Position numbers and translations under genes: made by a program. The notes under the pieces were generated by a model, which was not told the DNA's origin, searched no databases, and saw nothing but the letters and a program-made list of their open reading frames with translations. 64,000 nucleotides of DNA. It comes from Leptolyngbyaceae cyanobacterium (lineage in GTDB: Bacteria; Cyanobacteriota; Cyanobacteriia; Phormidesmidales; Phormidesmidaceae). The stretch is taken from positions 38,312 through 102,311 of the forward strand of contig CBDHHL010000014.1 of the NCBI GenBank assembly GCA_965263355.1, written 5' to 3'. This document shows, piece after piece, positions 9,835-20,295 of the stretch (position 1 is its first letter; the number at the start of each line of letters is the position of its first letter).

Positions 9835-10206
9835 CTAACTAGCTGGCATTACAGACGTAGCAGAAAGGAGATAATTAATCCCACTAGTAATTGATTGGGT
9901 AGCGTCTAAAGTGCCTGATCTTCTTACGGTTCCATCTTTATCTTTAATTCTATACTCAGCAGCTGTCCCAGTAGCTGATGCTATCGCACTAATCGGCTGT
10001 CCTGTTAATTCGGCTGTTCCGGCTGTTGTGCTGCCAGCTGTAGTAAATGGGTTCGTTCCATCCAGATTCCAAACTACAAGCACAGTGCCAAAGCCAGTGG
10101 TCCCGTATTCATAGGTAGCATTGGCCCCAGCCCCATCATTTAATTCAATATTCACCGCTTGCAATGCAGCGTTTCGAGTATCTGTATCAATTGTTGAAGT
10201 TGGCAT
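9835..10206 (-). CDS. Phage structural protein
   Basis: A/T/G-rich, ASATGTAAEYRI motif, tail operon context. Confidence 0.55.
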   Translation of the reverse strand: MPTSTIDTDTRNAALQAVNIELNDGAGANATYEYGTTGFGTVLVVWNLDGTNPFTTAGSTTAGTAELTGQPISAIASATGTAAEYRIKDKDGTVRRSGTLDATQSITSGINYLLSATSVMPAS

Positions 10207-10209
10207 GAC

Positions 10210-10527
10210 TTAACCTAAAACTATACAACTAACTTTTTGAACGTTCGGGTTTGCTCCCGCACCCCCGCTAGACTCTCGCCAAACTCGAAATGTTGTTGAG
10301 CTTATCGATTGAGCGCCATGAGCATAGTTTAACGAAGCTCCTGACGATGGATCGGCATTAGCAAAGCACGGATAATCAGCCGAGGCTTGAGCCGAATCTA
10401 GGGTGATTAACCATTGACCTGTTGCTTCCCTCACGATACCCCCTGGGCTGATGCCATCTAAAAACAACTCAGTGATGGTCGTTCCATCGTCAGTAAATAC
10501 GCATGATGCCACTGCTGTTGTCGCCAC
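10210..10527 (-). CDS. Stand-alone duplicate of the C-terminal domain of the 882-aa tail protein
   Basis: Shares VFTDDGTTITELFLDG...ADPSSGAS.NY.HGAQS with the upstream ORF; GTG start at 10527 follows GGGGG. Confidence 0.65.
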   Translation of the reverse strand: MATTAVASCVFTDDGTTITELFLDGISPGGIVREATGQWLITLDSAQASADYPCFANADPSSGASLNYAHGAQSISSTTFRVWRESSGGAGANPNVQKVSCIVLG

Positions 10528-10529
10528 AA

Positions 10530-13178
10530 TTACCCCCAAACTGCAAAACTAACTTTTTGGATATTTGGATTTGCCCCAGCTCCTGACCTTGACTCTCGCC
10601 AAACCCTCAATGTTGTTGTACTAACTGATTGAGCGCCATGAGAATAATTAATAGAAGCCCCTGACGATGGATCAGCGCTCGCGATCGCGATAAAGTCAGC
10701 TGATGACATTGCCGATGCCAACGTAACTAACCATCGACCCGTTGCCTCCCTAGTAATGCCACCAGCGTTAACCCCGTCTAGGAATAACTCAGTGATGGTC
10801 GTTCCATCGTCAGTAAATACGCCTGATGCAATAGCCGTTAAGCCTGTAGCGTTTGCATCGACAGCAACTGGGTTATCTTGAATTGCTGGTAAGTTTTCAG
10901 TGTTGGTTGCGGCTTCGGCAACTGACGGGTTGTCTTGAATTGCTGGTAAGTTTTCAGTGTCGCTAACCGGGATAGGCGAATTATCAACAGCGACTGGATT
11001 GTCTTGAATTGCTGGTAAGTCTTCAGCATTACTAACCGGTGTTGGTGCCGTACTTGTAGCGACCGGATTATCTTGAATTGCTGGCAATTCTTCTGCATTG
11101 CTAGCAACGCCACTATCTGCAGCCGCTACCGGGTTATCTTGAATCGCTGGCAAGTCTTCAATGATATTAATCGGGACTGATATTTCTATTGGAGGGGTTA
11201 TTACATCCGGAGTAACCCCAACCTGACCAATCAACCCAAAATTACAACCAAATAAAGTCTCAGTTAAATTTGACGAGATGCTAAAACCGTTCAAAAAATA
11301 AGCTTCAATATTTCCATCGACAGTCACATCAACCCTCGATACCGGGTCAAACGCAGTAAATAATTCTGTCGGGATTGCTCCAATAAATGAACGGCCCAGG
11401 CTCAATCCGTGTTGCCATTTCGCGGCCCATTCTGCTAGATCATTGCATTGAATATCGCTCACAATTACGTCAGCATTAACCCGGATTGCTCCCTCTTTCC
11501 ATTTGTGGGCATTCCCAGAGATTGGCTGGACCGTAACTGACCCCGTAAATTCTTGGTGTTCCTCTGTGTAAATGCTTTCCTGATATTCAATATCTGGTGG
11601 CCTCGTTGAACCGTCACTGGCCTGCAAGGTGAAGGTCAGATCAGGATCTGGATTGTTCACCAGGGTCTCAGGATTGGCCCCCGTATAATTTTTGAAGATT
11701 ACGCCCCTAGGCTGCTGAGTAACTTGCTCAACACGCCACGCCTCAATGGCAGGATCTCCACTAACGTCCAGTACTCTAGTCCAGGTAGTCGTTTGAATTG
11801 AATAATCACGCTCTAAAAAGCGATTTAATTCATAGTTGGTAGGTGTTTTTTCGCCCCATTCCCAGAGGCACCATGGCCGACGTTCTGTGATAGTTCTCGA
11901 GCTGACTACGCCTAAAATATTGTCGTAAGTGTAGGTCGTGGTCGTTCGACTGTTGTCAAGTAGTGTCAGTGCCGAGCTATTTTCTTCCTCACTAAACGCA
12001 TCGCCACCACTAAGCCCCCGTGCTTTGCGAATTAGCTCAACTGTTTCAGTCAGTCGTTTAGTAATTCCGTTATATCGATGGGTAATCGAGCTGTCTTCAG
12101 AATCCTGCAGACCATTGTTCGTATTGTCAGTATCTGTCAATAGAGTCGGCACAACGCCAGAGTTATCCGTAGTGATAACCCTAGGCTGTATCTGTAATTC
12201 AGCTTGGCGTTCTACATACGTAATTACTGTCTGAGGTGCGCCCCCAACTGGCGTTATCGTTTTAGTCTCAGTGCTAGTCAGAGACGTATAGCCTGGACCG
12301 GGCACAGTACGAACGATTACGCTAGGATTTTCAATCTCTTGAGCAAGGTCGGAACCGCCCGTTACTGTTAATTCCCCCGGCGGTCGTTCTTCAAGATTGA
12401 CGGGTTCCCATCCGTTCTCGCCAACTTCGTCTCCTCCAATGCCGATAGTTAGGCTAAAATCTGGTGCTGTTTTGAGTGTAAAGTCAGCTGAAGTAAGTTT
12501 TAATTCTTCAGCAGCATCAAGCCAAACAACATACTTTTGAGCTGCTGCTATTTCCCCAATCTCACGCACTGTTGACCGGGTAGATTTTTTCTGGACAGCT
12601 GTATTGACTGAATAACCGCCCGCGATCGTATCTGACGATGTTGGGATGCCTATCTGAGTCGCGATATTACGAATTAACGTTGTGGGCGTTGTGGTTGTTC
12701 CCTGGGTAATTCCTGAATAATTATTCTCTGGGGTAAATAAGTCTAGTGATTTCCCAAGATCCCCTAAGTCAATCGTAATCTGGGCTTGGGATTCACTTGT
12801 GGGAATTTCTATCCTAGGGGATGCTTCCCTCAAGATATAAAACGGTGGCCAAAATCTTTCAAAAGCTGCCCCCGTCCACATGCTCAGTGTAATCCGGTTT
12901 CCCATGGCCAACACTTCAGCCCCCGACGGGTTAGAGGCAGTATCGCGGTTATCAAGACTAACTGTTGTGGACAATTCTGGACTTAATACAATGCTGCCTT
13001 CCCATGCCAGCCAACCGTTTAGCCTATTTCCCGATCTCAGTTCGGAAAAATCGATATCGACGCTAATCAAAGCGTCAGAAATATCATGCGGGCCACTGAT
13101 TACAGCCCGATTAGCGTCTAAAATTTCGAGGCTTGCTGTCCAGTCCCTATCTTGAGCGTCAATAGTGAAAGAGGTCAT
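10530..13178 (-). CDS. Large tail tip/baseplate hub-like protein with internal repeats
   Basis: Second gene after the tape measure; T/S-rich beta composition; five LPAIQDNP repeats. Confidence 0.6.
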   Translation of the reverse strand: MTSFTIDAQDRDWTASLEILDANRAVISGPHDISDALISVDIDFSELRSGNRLNGWLAWEGSIVLSPELSTTVSLDNRDTASNPSGAEVLAMGNRITLSMWTGAAFERFWPPFYILREASPRIEIPTSESQAQITIDLGDLGKSLDLFTPENNYSGITQGTTTTPTTLIRNIATQIGIPTSSDTIAGGYSVNTAVQKKSTRSTVREIGEIAAAQKYVVWLDAAEELKLTSADFTLKTAPDFSLTIGIGGDEVGENGWEPVNLEERPPGELTVTGGSDLAQEIENPSVIVRTVPGPGYTSLTSTETKTITPVGGAPQTVITYVERQAELQIQPRVITTDNSGVVPTLLTDTDNTNNGLQDSEDSSITHRYNGITKRLTETVELIRKARGLSGGDAFSEEENSSALTLLDNSRTTTTYTYDNILGVVSSRTITERRPWCLWEWGEKTPTNYELNRFLERDYSIQTTTWTRVLDVSGDPAIEAWRVEQVTQQPRGVIFKNYTGANPETLVNNPDPDLTFTLQASDGSTRPPDIEYQESIYTEEHQEFTGSVTVQPISGNAHKWKEGAIRVNADVIVSDIQCNDLAEWAAKWQHGLSLGRSFIGAIPTELFTAFDPVSRVDVTVDGNIEAYFLNGFSISSNLTETLFGCNFGLIGQVGVTPDVITPPIEISVPINIIEDLPAIQDNPVAAADSGVASNAEELPAIQDNPVATSTAPTPVSNAEDLPAIQDNPVAVDNSPIPVSDTENLPAIQDNPSVAEAATNTENLPAIQDNPVAVDANATGLTAIASGVFTDDGTTITELFLDGVNAGGITREATGRWLVTLASAMSSADFIAIASADPSSGASINYSHGAQSVSTTTLRVWRESRSGAGANPNIQKVSFAVWG
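10860..11165 (-). repeat. Five intragenic repeats E(D/E/N)LPAIQDNP
   Basis: A TCTTGAAT(T/C)GCTGG core recurs five times. Confidence 0.85.
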
Positions 13179-13666
13179 GCCACGATAACCCCCGATTCTG
13201 TAAACTGAAACTGAGCTACACGAACTCCATCAGCTTTCTCACTGTATTCAAACCCTCGTTGGTTTGTTGGCTCGGCTTGCCATTGGGGATAGTAGCAAAT
13301 TGTATTAGCGTCAGCTGCTACTGTGCTATTGGGCGCGATCGCTCTGGTGTTCGTCGTCCCATTCTCAGCCCAGTAATTTGTATAGTCATAGATGACCCAT
13401 GGGCTAGGGTTGCCCCAATAAGCAGCTTCCATTCGAATTAAAATTTCTTGCTGGTCAAGGGTTAGGCAACCAACAAAATTCCAAATAGCAAATCTAGTTA
13501 AAGCCCCCGTCCTAGCTGCTGCCCCCCGTTTACTACGAACAATCCCTTTATAACGACCATCAACCCGTGGGAACTGACCAGGGTAACGGCCAAACAAAGT
13601 GATAGCTAGGCTGTAATCGGCATGATTTAGAACGATTCCCCGTTCTGTAGTGGTAGGCAGGGCCAT
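13175..13666 (-). CDS. Putative distal tail protein
   Basis: 163 aa immediately downstream of the tape measure; positional inference. Confidence 0.5.
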   Translation of the reverse strand: MALPTTTERGIVLNHADYSLAITLFGRYPGQFPRVDGRYKGIVRSKRGAAARTGALTRFAIWNFVGCLTLDQQEILIRMEAAYWGNPSPWVIYDYTNYWAENGTTNTRAIAPNSTVAADANTICYYPQWQAEPTNQRGFEYSEKADGVRVAQFQFTESGVIVA

Positions 13667-16600
13667 TAGATAACTCCCTCCGCAATCTGTTGTTGCCGGG
13701 TTAGATCGGCTGTAATTTGGGCGGCATCAGCGATCGGGTCAGGAGTCGATACGGTTAGATTTTCTATGCCAGTGGGCAAGGTCTCTGGCAAAGCAGTAAC
13801 AGCGTCTCTAACTTCCTCTAACTTGGTTGTCAGCTGTTCTATCTGAGTATCGGCTAATAAAATTTCTTGCTGAGCTTCAGCAAATGCATTAACTCCACCA
13901 AGCCCTAAACTATCCAAAATGCTTTGAGCAAATGGATTTTGGCTATCTGAAAAATTAAAAGCTTCCTCTACTGTAAATCCGTCGCCGGAACGTGCTAGCC
14001 GCTGGGCCTGATTAATTCCTGACTGCAACTGTGACGCAGTTTCACTATCAATTGCGCCTGCTCGTCTGGCTGAACGTAAATTATCTTCAAGCTGGTTCAA
14101 GTCTTCTAATGCCTGCTCAGCGCCGACATCTTCTAGGCCGCTTAATGACGAAACAATCGAATCAATAGCACTCTGCCGTCGTTCCGTCTCATCGGCAATA
14201 TCACTTTCTAAGTCTTTTTGCTCGTCTAGTAAATCAGTTTGGCGTTCAATTAATGATTCAATGCCCTCCAATCTCCGCTCTCTGATTGCCTCAGCTTCAG
14301 CGGTTTCAGCTAAGATGCTTTGTTCTTCTTCTTGAGCGTCTAAAATACTCAGTTGAACATCTAAATTTGCCCTAGCAGATTCAATTCCTTGCGCCCTAAG
14401 TTCAACAATCGACTGAAGCCCATTAAGTTCCTCTGTCGATATTCCCTGGCTCGAACGGGCTCTATCTACTGCAATCTGGGCTTCATCACGGGCAATCTGA
14501 GCTAACGTTATTTGTCTCTGACCATCAAGCGTTACTATTTGCCGTTGGATAGCAATCTGTTGCTGTTGGGCTTGGGTGCCTGCTCGGATTGATTGCAACT
14601 GATTAAGCAATAGCCGATCTCTGGCTTCCTCAATTGCTGCAAAGTTTTCAGTTGCCTCTGCTTGAGCCAATTGAGCACTAATTAATTGAGCCGCTGAATC
14701 AATTCTTGCAGCATCAACATTAGCTAAAGCCTGGGATATTGATAATTGATTTTCTAAACCAGAATTATCAACCTCAAACTGCAAATTTGTTTGTTCGGAT
14801 GCCAGGGCATTTAACCGCTCTCTGGCTGATAGCTCTTCTTCAATCCGTTCTCTAACAGCATCAGCAGCGGCTTGTTCAGCTGCGATCTGCTGCTCAATCG
14901 CCTGCACTGACAATTCAGCAGACTCCTGTTTAGCAGTGACCAACCGTTGCTCAGCTTCCTCAGCTGTAATAATGCCATCGGCTCTTAGTTGATTGATTTG
15001 ATCGATTTCATCTTGAGCAATCTGGATTCGCTGCTGAGCAAAGTCAGCTTGAATATCACGAATAGCCGAATCTGCATTGCTTTCGGCTGTTGGATCTTCA
15101 GGGCCAGCTGCCAATTGAGCCTGACGAATATCATTAATCTGTTCAGCTTCTTGAGCTGCTAATCTTGCCAGGGCAGCAGACTGAGTATCCTCCAATGCCT
15201 GCAACGATTCTTCCCTGATCTGTTCTTTTCTCCGTTCAGATAATTCAACGCCATTGGCTTCAATATCTCCCAACTGGCCAGCTAATGCCTGGGCTGCTGC
15301 CAACTGTTCCTCTCTGCTATTTTGGCCAGCATCAGAAGATAATCTACTTCCGGCATTCACTAACGCCTGAACGCCCTCAGCACCAGCATCAGTGATTACA
15401 GCTGGTTGGACTGCCTCAGCTGTTAAAAATCCTAACTGTTCCCGCAATAATTGAACTGTATTAGTGACCCCGGTAAAGGCTAGGCCTATCGCGCCAATAG
15501 CTGGGCCTAAGGTGCCAAACTGATTTATTAAATCGCCAACCAAGGAAAAGCGATCTAAAAATTCAGTGACCGGATTTACTAAACCGGATATTGAATCTCT
15601 AACCTGAATTGCAACCGGGACAATCCCTTCAAGAATTAATGAAAATTGCCCAATTGCCTCAGCTGGGCCATCGCCTATCGTGTCAGAATATGCGGCTGAT
15701 AGTACAGTAAACGCCTCAGCAGCAACGCCCGCAATTCTTAAAGTTCCACCCAGGACAGTTCCAAGATTTTCAATTGATTGGCCAAATCTATCAAGATTTT
15801 CAGGATCACTCAATATATTAGATAGCGAATCAATCAGGCTAGCTGCCCCCGCATCAACTGAATCAAATAAGCTACGAAGGCTAGCTGATAAAACGTCGAC
15901 AACTTCAGACCCGTCAACAGCCTCCAATAGTGCCTCGACTGAAGCCGCTGTGTCCCCAAAAGCATCACCGTCTTCAATGGCAGCATTAATTGACGCGGTT
16001 AATGTTCTAACGCCCGCCTCTATACCTGGTGTCAGTGCCAAACCAAGATCGGTTCCGGCAGTGGTCAGGGTTCCTTGCAGTCGATTAACCGCCGCAGCAA
16101 CGCCCTGATTTAGATTGTCTGCAGCTTCACCGGATGCGCCGAAACCCTGTTCAAGTTCATCAGTTTTTGCGATTACATCGTCTAAACCTTGCAATAACAA
16201 CCCTATCTGTGAAGCACTTCTGCCACCAAAAATATCTTGTAAAGCTGTAAATCGATCTTCTTCACTTAGCGGCTCAAGTGCATCTCTAAGATCCACTAAT
16301 GTGTCTGTAAATGCGGTCGGGCCTTGATTATCAAAGAATGAAACGTTTAGCTTATCTAAGGCATCCCGTGCTGTATCAGTCCTGCCTCTTAAACCATCCA
16401 GGGCATTCCTGGTTGCAGTCGCGGCAACTTCAGGAGTGGCTGTCTCGGAGAATTTAGCAAATGTTGCCAATAATGTTGACGCGCTAACATCAGCATCGAC
16501 AAACGAACCGCCCGCTTTACCAAATGCCTGCAAAATGCCTTCAGCCGATGTAACTGCTGTTGTATTGGCAAGTAGCGTGATTTTATCGGCCAAAGCATCG

Positions 16601-18138
16601 GCAGACTCGTTAAAAATATTTGTTCCTGCCTGAATAGCTTTAGCAGTCGCATCAATATTAGTAAAACCAGTTCCTTCTAGTGCAGCTACAACGCCTGCAA
16701 CATTATCACCAACCTCAGTGACTTCACCACCTAATTCGACCATTCGAGTAGCGATGCGCGCCACTTCTTCAGGCGTTTTACTGGTTTCAATTCCTAATCG
16801 TCTAGACTCTTCAGTAACTGCGGCGATCGCTTCCTCAGCTCCACCCGCACGAGCGCTAAACGTAACTAATGCCTGCTCAAAGCCAACTGCATTTTGAACA
16901 GTTGAAAGCCCTGCTCTGATGCCCCCTCCAATAGCGTTAGCTAGAGTATCAAAAACTCTTTGGCCAATCCCCTGGAAAATTCCTTGAACAATTCCGCTAC
17001 TATTCCGGATGCCACTAAGATCTAGATTGGGCGATATTGTGGGAGAACTTAATTGTCTTAGTTCCCTGTTAATTTGCCGTAATGCCTGCCTAGCGTTCCC
17101 GCCCCCTAATGCCTCTAACCGTCTATCGAGAGTACGGATCTGTTCAGTTGCGTTGTCGGCATCGACATTTAATCGAACTCGTTTATCGTCAAGCGTACCG
17201 AGCTGAGTCTGAATCTGCCTAATGCGTGGTTCAGCTTGGCGTGTATCAGCCTCTAGCCGAAGTCGTCGTGATTGAATTCTGCCGATCCTATCTTCTATCT
17301 GCAGAATTTGATTCTGTAACGTGCTATCGGTTTCTAGCTTAATTCGCTCATTGCTTAATTGCTGGATTCGCTGATCCAGCAAATTAAGTGCTTGGTTACT
17401 GGTGGATGGGTTTAGCTCTAAATTTATTCGAGTATTTCTAAGCCGTTCTATCGTTTGCTCGATAGTATTTATTTCTTCAGTGCGAGCATCAATCTTTAGC
17501 TGGATATCAGAACGATTACGCTGAAGTTCAGTAACTTGAGCGTCTAAATTCCGAATTGTTGCTTCAGCTGCTCTAGAATTTGCTCGAATCTGAATCTCTT
17601 TGTCACGCAGTTGTTGAATTCTGGCATCAACCGCCGCAATCTGATTTTGAATATTTCGAGCATTAACTTCTAGGTTAATCCTCTCACGACTCAATCCATC
17701 AACAGCCTGTTGAACCGTTGCAAACCCACGCCTTAACTCCTGAACATTACGCTGGGCAGCATTCGTATTGACAGTTACTGGAATATTTGATTGGGCTCTT
17801 AGCTGAGTCAGTGACTGAGCGATCGCGTCAGCTTGAGCAGCACTACGCCCAAAGTCAACACTTGCCTGAGTTCTGTTGATAGCTTCTAACTGTTGTCTAA
17901 GCTGGGTTATCTCTCTAGTAATTGAATCGTCAAGATTAACATCCAGCCGAACATTATCAGCATTACTAAGCTGCTGTCTAATATCACTGATGCCACGAAT
18001 AACAGTCTCATCATTCAGCCTGACATCAATAGCAAGGTCATCAACCCGGTTGAACCGTGTCCGCAAGTCAGCGATCGCAGCCGTAATACTCGACTCCGAA
18101 AATTCAACTGCGAATTCAACCGAACCAGCTTGAACCAC
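13666..18138 (-). CDS. Tail tape measure protein
   Basis: 1490 aa, helical and A/Q/L-rich, with a PhageMin_Tail-like core (FEQALVTF...ETSKTPEEVA...LADKITLLANTT); follows the chaperones. Confidence 0.9.
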   Translation of the reverse strand: MVQAGSVEFAVEFSESSITAAIADLRTRFNRVDDLAIDVRLNDETVIRGISDIRQQLSNADNVRLDVNLDDSITREITQLRQQLEAINRTQASVDFGRSAAQADAIAQSLTQLRAQSNIPVTVNTNAAQRNVQELRRGFATVQQAVDGLSRERINLEVNARNIQNQIAAVDARIQQLRDKEIQIRANSRAAEATIRNLDAQVTELQRNRSDIQLKIDARTEEINTIEQTIERLRNTRINLELNPSTSNQALNLLDQRIQQLSNERIKLETDSTLQNQILQIEDRIGRIQSRRLRLEADTRQAEPRIRQIQTQLGTLDDKRVRLNVDADNATEQIRTLDRRLEALGGGNARQALRQINRELRQLSSPTISPNLDLSGIRNSSGIVQGIFQGIGQRVFDTLANAIGGGIRAGLSTVQNAVGFEQALVTFSARAGGAEEAIAAVTEESRRLGIETSKTPEEVARIATRMVELGGEVTEVGDNVAGVVAALEGTGFTNIDATAKAIQAGTNIFNESADALADKITLLANTTAVTSAEGILQAFGKAGGSFVDADVSASTLLATFAKFSETATPEVAATATRNALDGLRGRTDTARDALDKLNVSFFDNQGPTAFTDTLVDLRDALEPLSEEDRFTALQDIFGGRSASQIGLLLQGLDDVIAKTDELEQGFGASGEAADNLNQGVAAAVNRLQGTLTTAGTDLGLALTPGIEAGVRTLTASINAAIEDGDAFGDTAASVEALLEAVDGSEVVDVLSASLRSLFDSVDAGAASLIDSLSNILSDPENLDRFGQSIENLGTVLGGTLRIAGVAAEAFTVLSAAYSDTIGDGPAEAIGQFSLILEGIVPVAIQVRDSISGLVNPVTEFLDRFSLVGDLINQFGTLGPAIGAIGLAFTGVTNTVQLLREQLGFLTAEAVQPAVITDAGAEGVQALVNAGSRLSSDAGQNSREEQLAAAQALAGQLGDIEANGVELSERRKEQIREESLQALEDTQSAALARLAAQEAEQINDIRQAQLAAGPEDPTAESNADSAIRDIQADFAQQRIQIAQDEIDQINQLRADGIITAEEAEQRLVTAKQESAELSVQAIEQQIAAEQAAADAVRERIEEELSARERLNALASEQTNLQFEVDNSGLENQLSISQALANVDAARIDSAAQLISAQLAQAEATENFAAIEEARDRLLLNQLQSIRAGTQAQQQQIAIQRQIVTLDGQRQITLAQIARDEAQIAVDRARSSQGISTEELNGLQSIVELRAQGIESARANLDVQLSILDAQEEEQSILAETAEAEAIRERRLEGIESLIERQTDLLDEQKDLESDIADETERRQSAIDSIVSSLSGLEDVGAEQALEDLNQLEDNLRSARRAGAIDSETASQLQSGINQAQRLARSGDGFTVEEAFNFSDSQNPFAQSILDSLGLGGVNAFAEAQQEILLADTQIEQLTTKLEEVRDAVTALPETLPTGIENLTVSTPDPIADAAQITADLTRQQQIAEGVI

Positions 18139-18560
18139 TATTCAACTTTTCCTGCTAATAACGTCATATCGCGTTCAGACATAATCGCCCTGACCCAATC
18201 CGGCACTCGGCTTTTCCTCAGCAACTTCACATAGATTTTTGCGCCCTCAGGGGGGATAGTCTTAGCAAGCTCATTCCTGCGTTGGGTTAATCCCCAACGA
18301 TTAAAATCAGTCGCGCTGGCGTCTTCAGCGTTCTTAAAATTCGCCCGTGCGATTAATGCCGCAACCTCACTAGTCGCGGTGGCTTCCTCAGCTAGCTCGG
18401 CTATGCGGTCATCGCGCCAGACTCTGGCGGCATCCAAGGCGAGTTTTGACGGACAGTTTCTAAACTGGGTAGGCCTGAAATATTCGCAGCCTGGATACCA
18501 TCGCTGTAGTTGCCAGCAGAGTTTTCCCCAATCGATTGGCTCTGAGTTTCGTCGTTTCCC
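18138..18560 (-). CDS. Tail assembly chaperone, -1 frameshift (gpT-like) portion
   Basis: Frame is open from the slippery GGGAAAC (18560-18554) through ORF 18437..18138. Confidence 0.7.
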   Translation of the reverse strand, partial: GKRRNSEPIDWGKLCWQLQRWYPGCEYFRPTQFRNCPSKLALDAARVWRDDRIAELAEEATATSEVAALIARANFKNAEDASATDFNRWGLTQRRNELAKTIPPEGAKIYVKLLRKSRVPDWVRAIMSERDMTLLAGKVE

Positions 18561-18913
18561 AACTCAGTTTCAGGATCGTAAATATACTCAGTTGGATTTA
18601 TTCGCTTCCCTGGTAAGCCATAGATAAATAAGCTAAACAAAGCTTCAGCCAATGGCCTGGGAGTATTTGCAATAATCTTTTCAGTAGGGACATCATCGCC
18701 AAGTACGCCACGATGTTTAAGGCAAAACGCAACTAACAGGTCCATCAATCGCTTATCGCTAATCTCTTCGTTATCCCTAAGACTCTGGAAATATTCTTCC
18801 TCTGCCACTAATAAGGACGGATAAACCGGAACAGTAACCGGGGGCATCCCAGGCACCCGAACCACGCGATCGACTGATTTAATTTCCCATAAGGTCTGAG
18901 TCACAACGAACAA
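18401..18913 (-). CDS. Tail assembly chaperone (gpG-like)
   Basis: Lies between tail tube and tape measure; contains in-frame G GGA AAC. Confidence 0.7.
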   Translation of the reverse strand: MFVVTQTLWEIKSVDRVVRVPGMPPVTVPVYPSLLVAEEEYFQSLRDNEEISDKRLMDLLVAFCLKHRGVLGDDVPTEKIIANTPRPLAEALFSLFIYGLPGKRINPTEYIYDPETELGNDETQSQSIGENSAGNYSDGIQAANISGLPSLETVRQNSPWMPPESGAMTA

Positions 18914-19136
18914 CCTCCAAGTCTAAGTATGTATAAATTGCTTCTAGGTCACTCGGCATTACAACAACAATTTCAGTATTGTTCTGCCGATACGGTTCGA
19001 CCAGTAACGCCTCTTGCCCTGCGAAACCAGCACACATTTTAGGTTTAGTAAAGCTAAGTAATGCCCTTAGCCTTGACCCTTCAACTGTGCAGCCAAGCAT
19101 GAAAATATGCTGGTTTTGCAAGGCTTGAATCTTCAC
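18879..19136 (-). CDS. Hypothetical tail-operon protein
   Basis: 85 aa, coupled to its neighbours. Confidence 0.5.
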   Translation of the reverse strand: MKIQALQNQHIFMLGCTVEGSRLRALLSFTKPKMCAGFAGQEALLVEPYRQNNTEIVVVMPSDLEAIYTYLDLEVVRCDSDLMGN

Positions 19137-19846
19137 TAAGCAGCAGCCTCAAGTTCAGTCACAGCGCCGGAGAACGTGCCATTAAGAGACAGTGCCAACT
19201 TGTTGCCGTTCTGACCGTCCTTAGAACCATCCGACATTCGAGCAACACCAAACGATAACGGTGGAGTGCTAAACGTGACGGCATCAGGGTTCGGGTCTTG
19301 AACTTCGAGATAAACGTCATTCTCAGCATTCACGGCATAGCGTAAAATCCGTTGCCCGCTGGAATACTCAGATAAGTTAGCCGCGATCGTGAAAGTTCTA
19401 GTCGTATCCTGACGGGAAGATTCACCAGAACCAATGTGCTGATATGTCGAAACATTGTTCAGCGTGGTCTGGACCCCCAGGTTGTGAGACGTAATCAAAT
19501 CAACCTCACCGGGCCAATTGGCAACCGCGCTGTTAGGAATATTTTCATTAGCAGTCAGTTCAATATTGCTCCCATCGTTACTATCAGCCGTGACAATGGC
19601 CATATAAGATCCAGCTGCATCGACGAACCGCAATACTGTTCCCGCGATAATCGGCACTGTAGGAGCAGCGCTCGCAGTCATCGTTGATGCGGTTCCCGTA
19701 GTTGTAGCCGTAAAAGCAGCGCCCAGTGTTAAAGTGATCGGCGCAATCCGACCGGGCACGCTTGTATTATTTGTTACTAAAGCTGCAAAGATTTTTGTCT
19801 CCCGTGAGTCGGGCATTAACAGCGGATTATTACCAGCACCTGGCAT
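19136..19846 (-). CDS. Major tail tube protein
   Basis: 236 aa, beta-rich, ends ALSLNGTFSGAVT; upstream of chaperones and tape measure. Confidence 0.7.
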   Translation of the reverse strand: MPGAGNNPLLMPDSRETKIFAALVTNNTSVPGRIAPITLTLGAAFTATTTGTASTMTASAAPTVPIIAGTVLRFVDAAGSYMAIVTADSNDGSNIELTANENIPNSAVANWPGEVDLITSHNLGVQTTLNNVSTYQHIGSGESSRQDTTRTFTIAANLSEYSSGQRILRYAVNAENDVYLEVQDPNPDAVTFSTPPLSFGVARMSDGSKDGQNGNKLALSLNGTFSGAVTELEAAA

Positions 19847-19851
19847 AGTGA

Positions 19852-20295
19852 TTAACTCCTGATTTGATGAACAATTCGAAAACTCTCAGATTCAATCGTG
19901 TCGAGTCTTGAATCCCTTGGCGTTTTAACCGACACTCCAGCTTGAAACAGATAGCCCATGCCACTAATCAACGCAGCAGCAGCAGCCGCTACCGTGCCCG
20001 CTTCGTCCCACTGTTTGAGCGTGATAGTCGTCGTATATTCCAAGCCAAGCTGTTGAGAATAAAACTGTGTAAGCGTCGCTTGCTGCTGAGGCGTAATAAC
20101 AACCTCCAAGCCTTCTAAACTCTTAGGCTGTCTCTGCCATTGAATGCCGCCAACGTCTTGAGTTTTGCCATAGTCCAACACCAACGACGGCAATGTCTGA
20201 GTACCCGTAGCTGTAACATACGTACGAGTTCCCAGATAGGGAGTCATTAGGGTCTGAACTTGGTCTCTAATCTGGGCAATGCTAATTACAGGCAT
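19852..20295 (-). CDS. Putative tail terminator
   Basis: 147 aa directly upstream of the tail tube; positional inference. Confidence 0.5.
   Translation of the reverse strand: MPVISIAQIRDQVQTLMTPYLGTRTYVTATGTQTLPSLVLDYGKTQDVGGIQWQRQPKSLEGLEVVITPQQQATLTQFYSQQLGLEYTTTITLKQWDEAGTVAAAAAALISGMGYLFQAGVSVKTPRDSRLDTIESESFRIVHQIRS

Noticed and set aside
10210..10840. Duplicated tail-tip domain as a DGR template/variable repeat pair
   Set aside because: Differences are not confined to adenines, both copies are coding, and no reverse transcriptase is present in the window.
15680..18133. Plus-strand ORFs within the tape measure gene, and similar antisense ORFs elsewhere
   Set aside because: They are shadow frames of long coding genes with no RBS or motifs.
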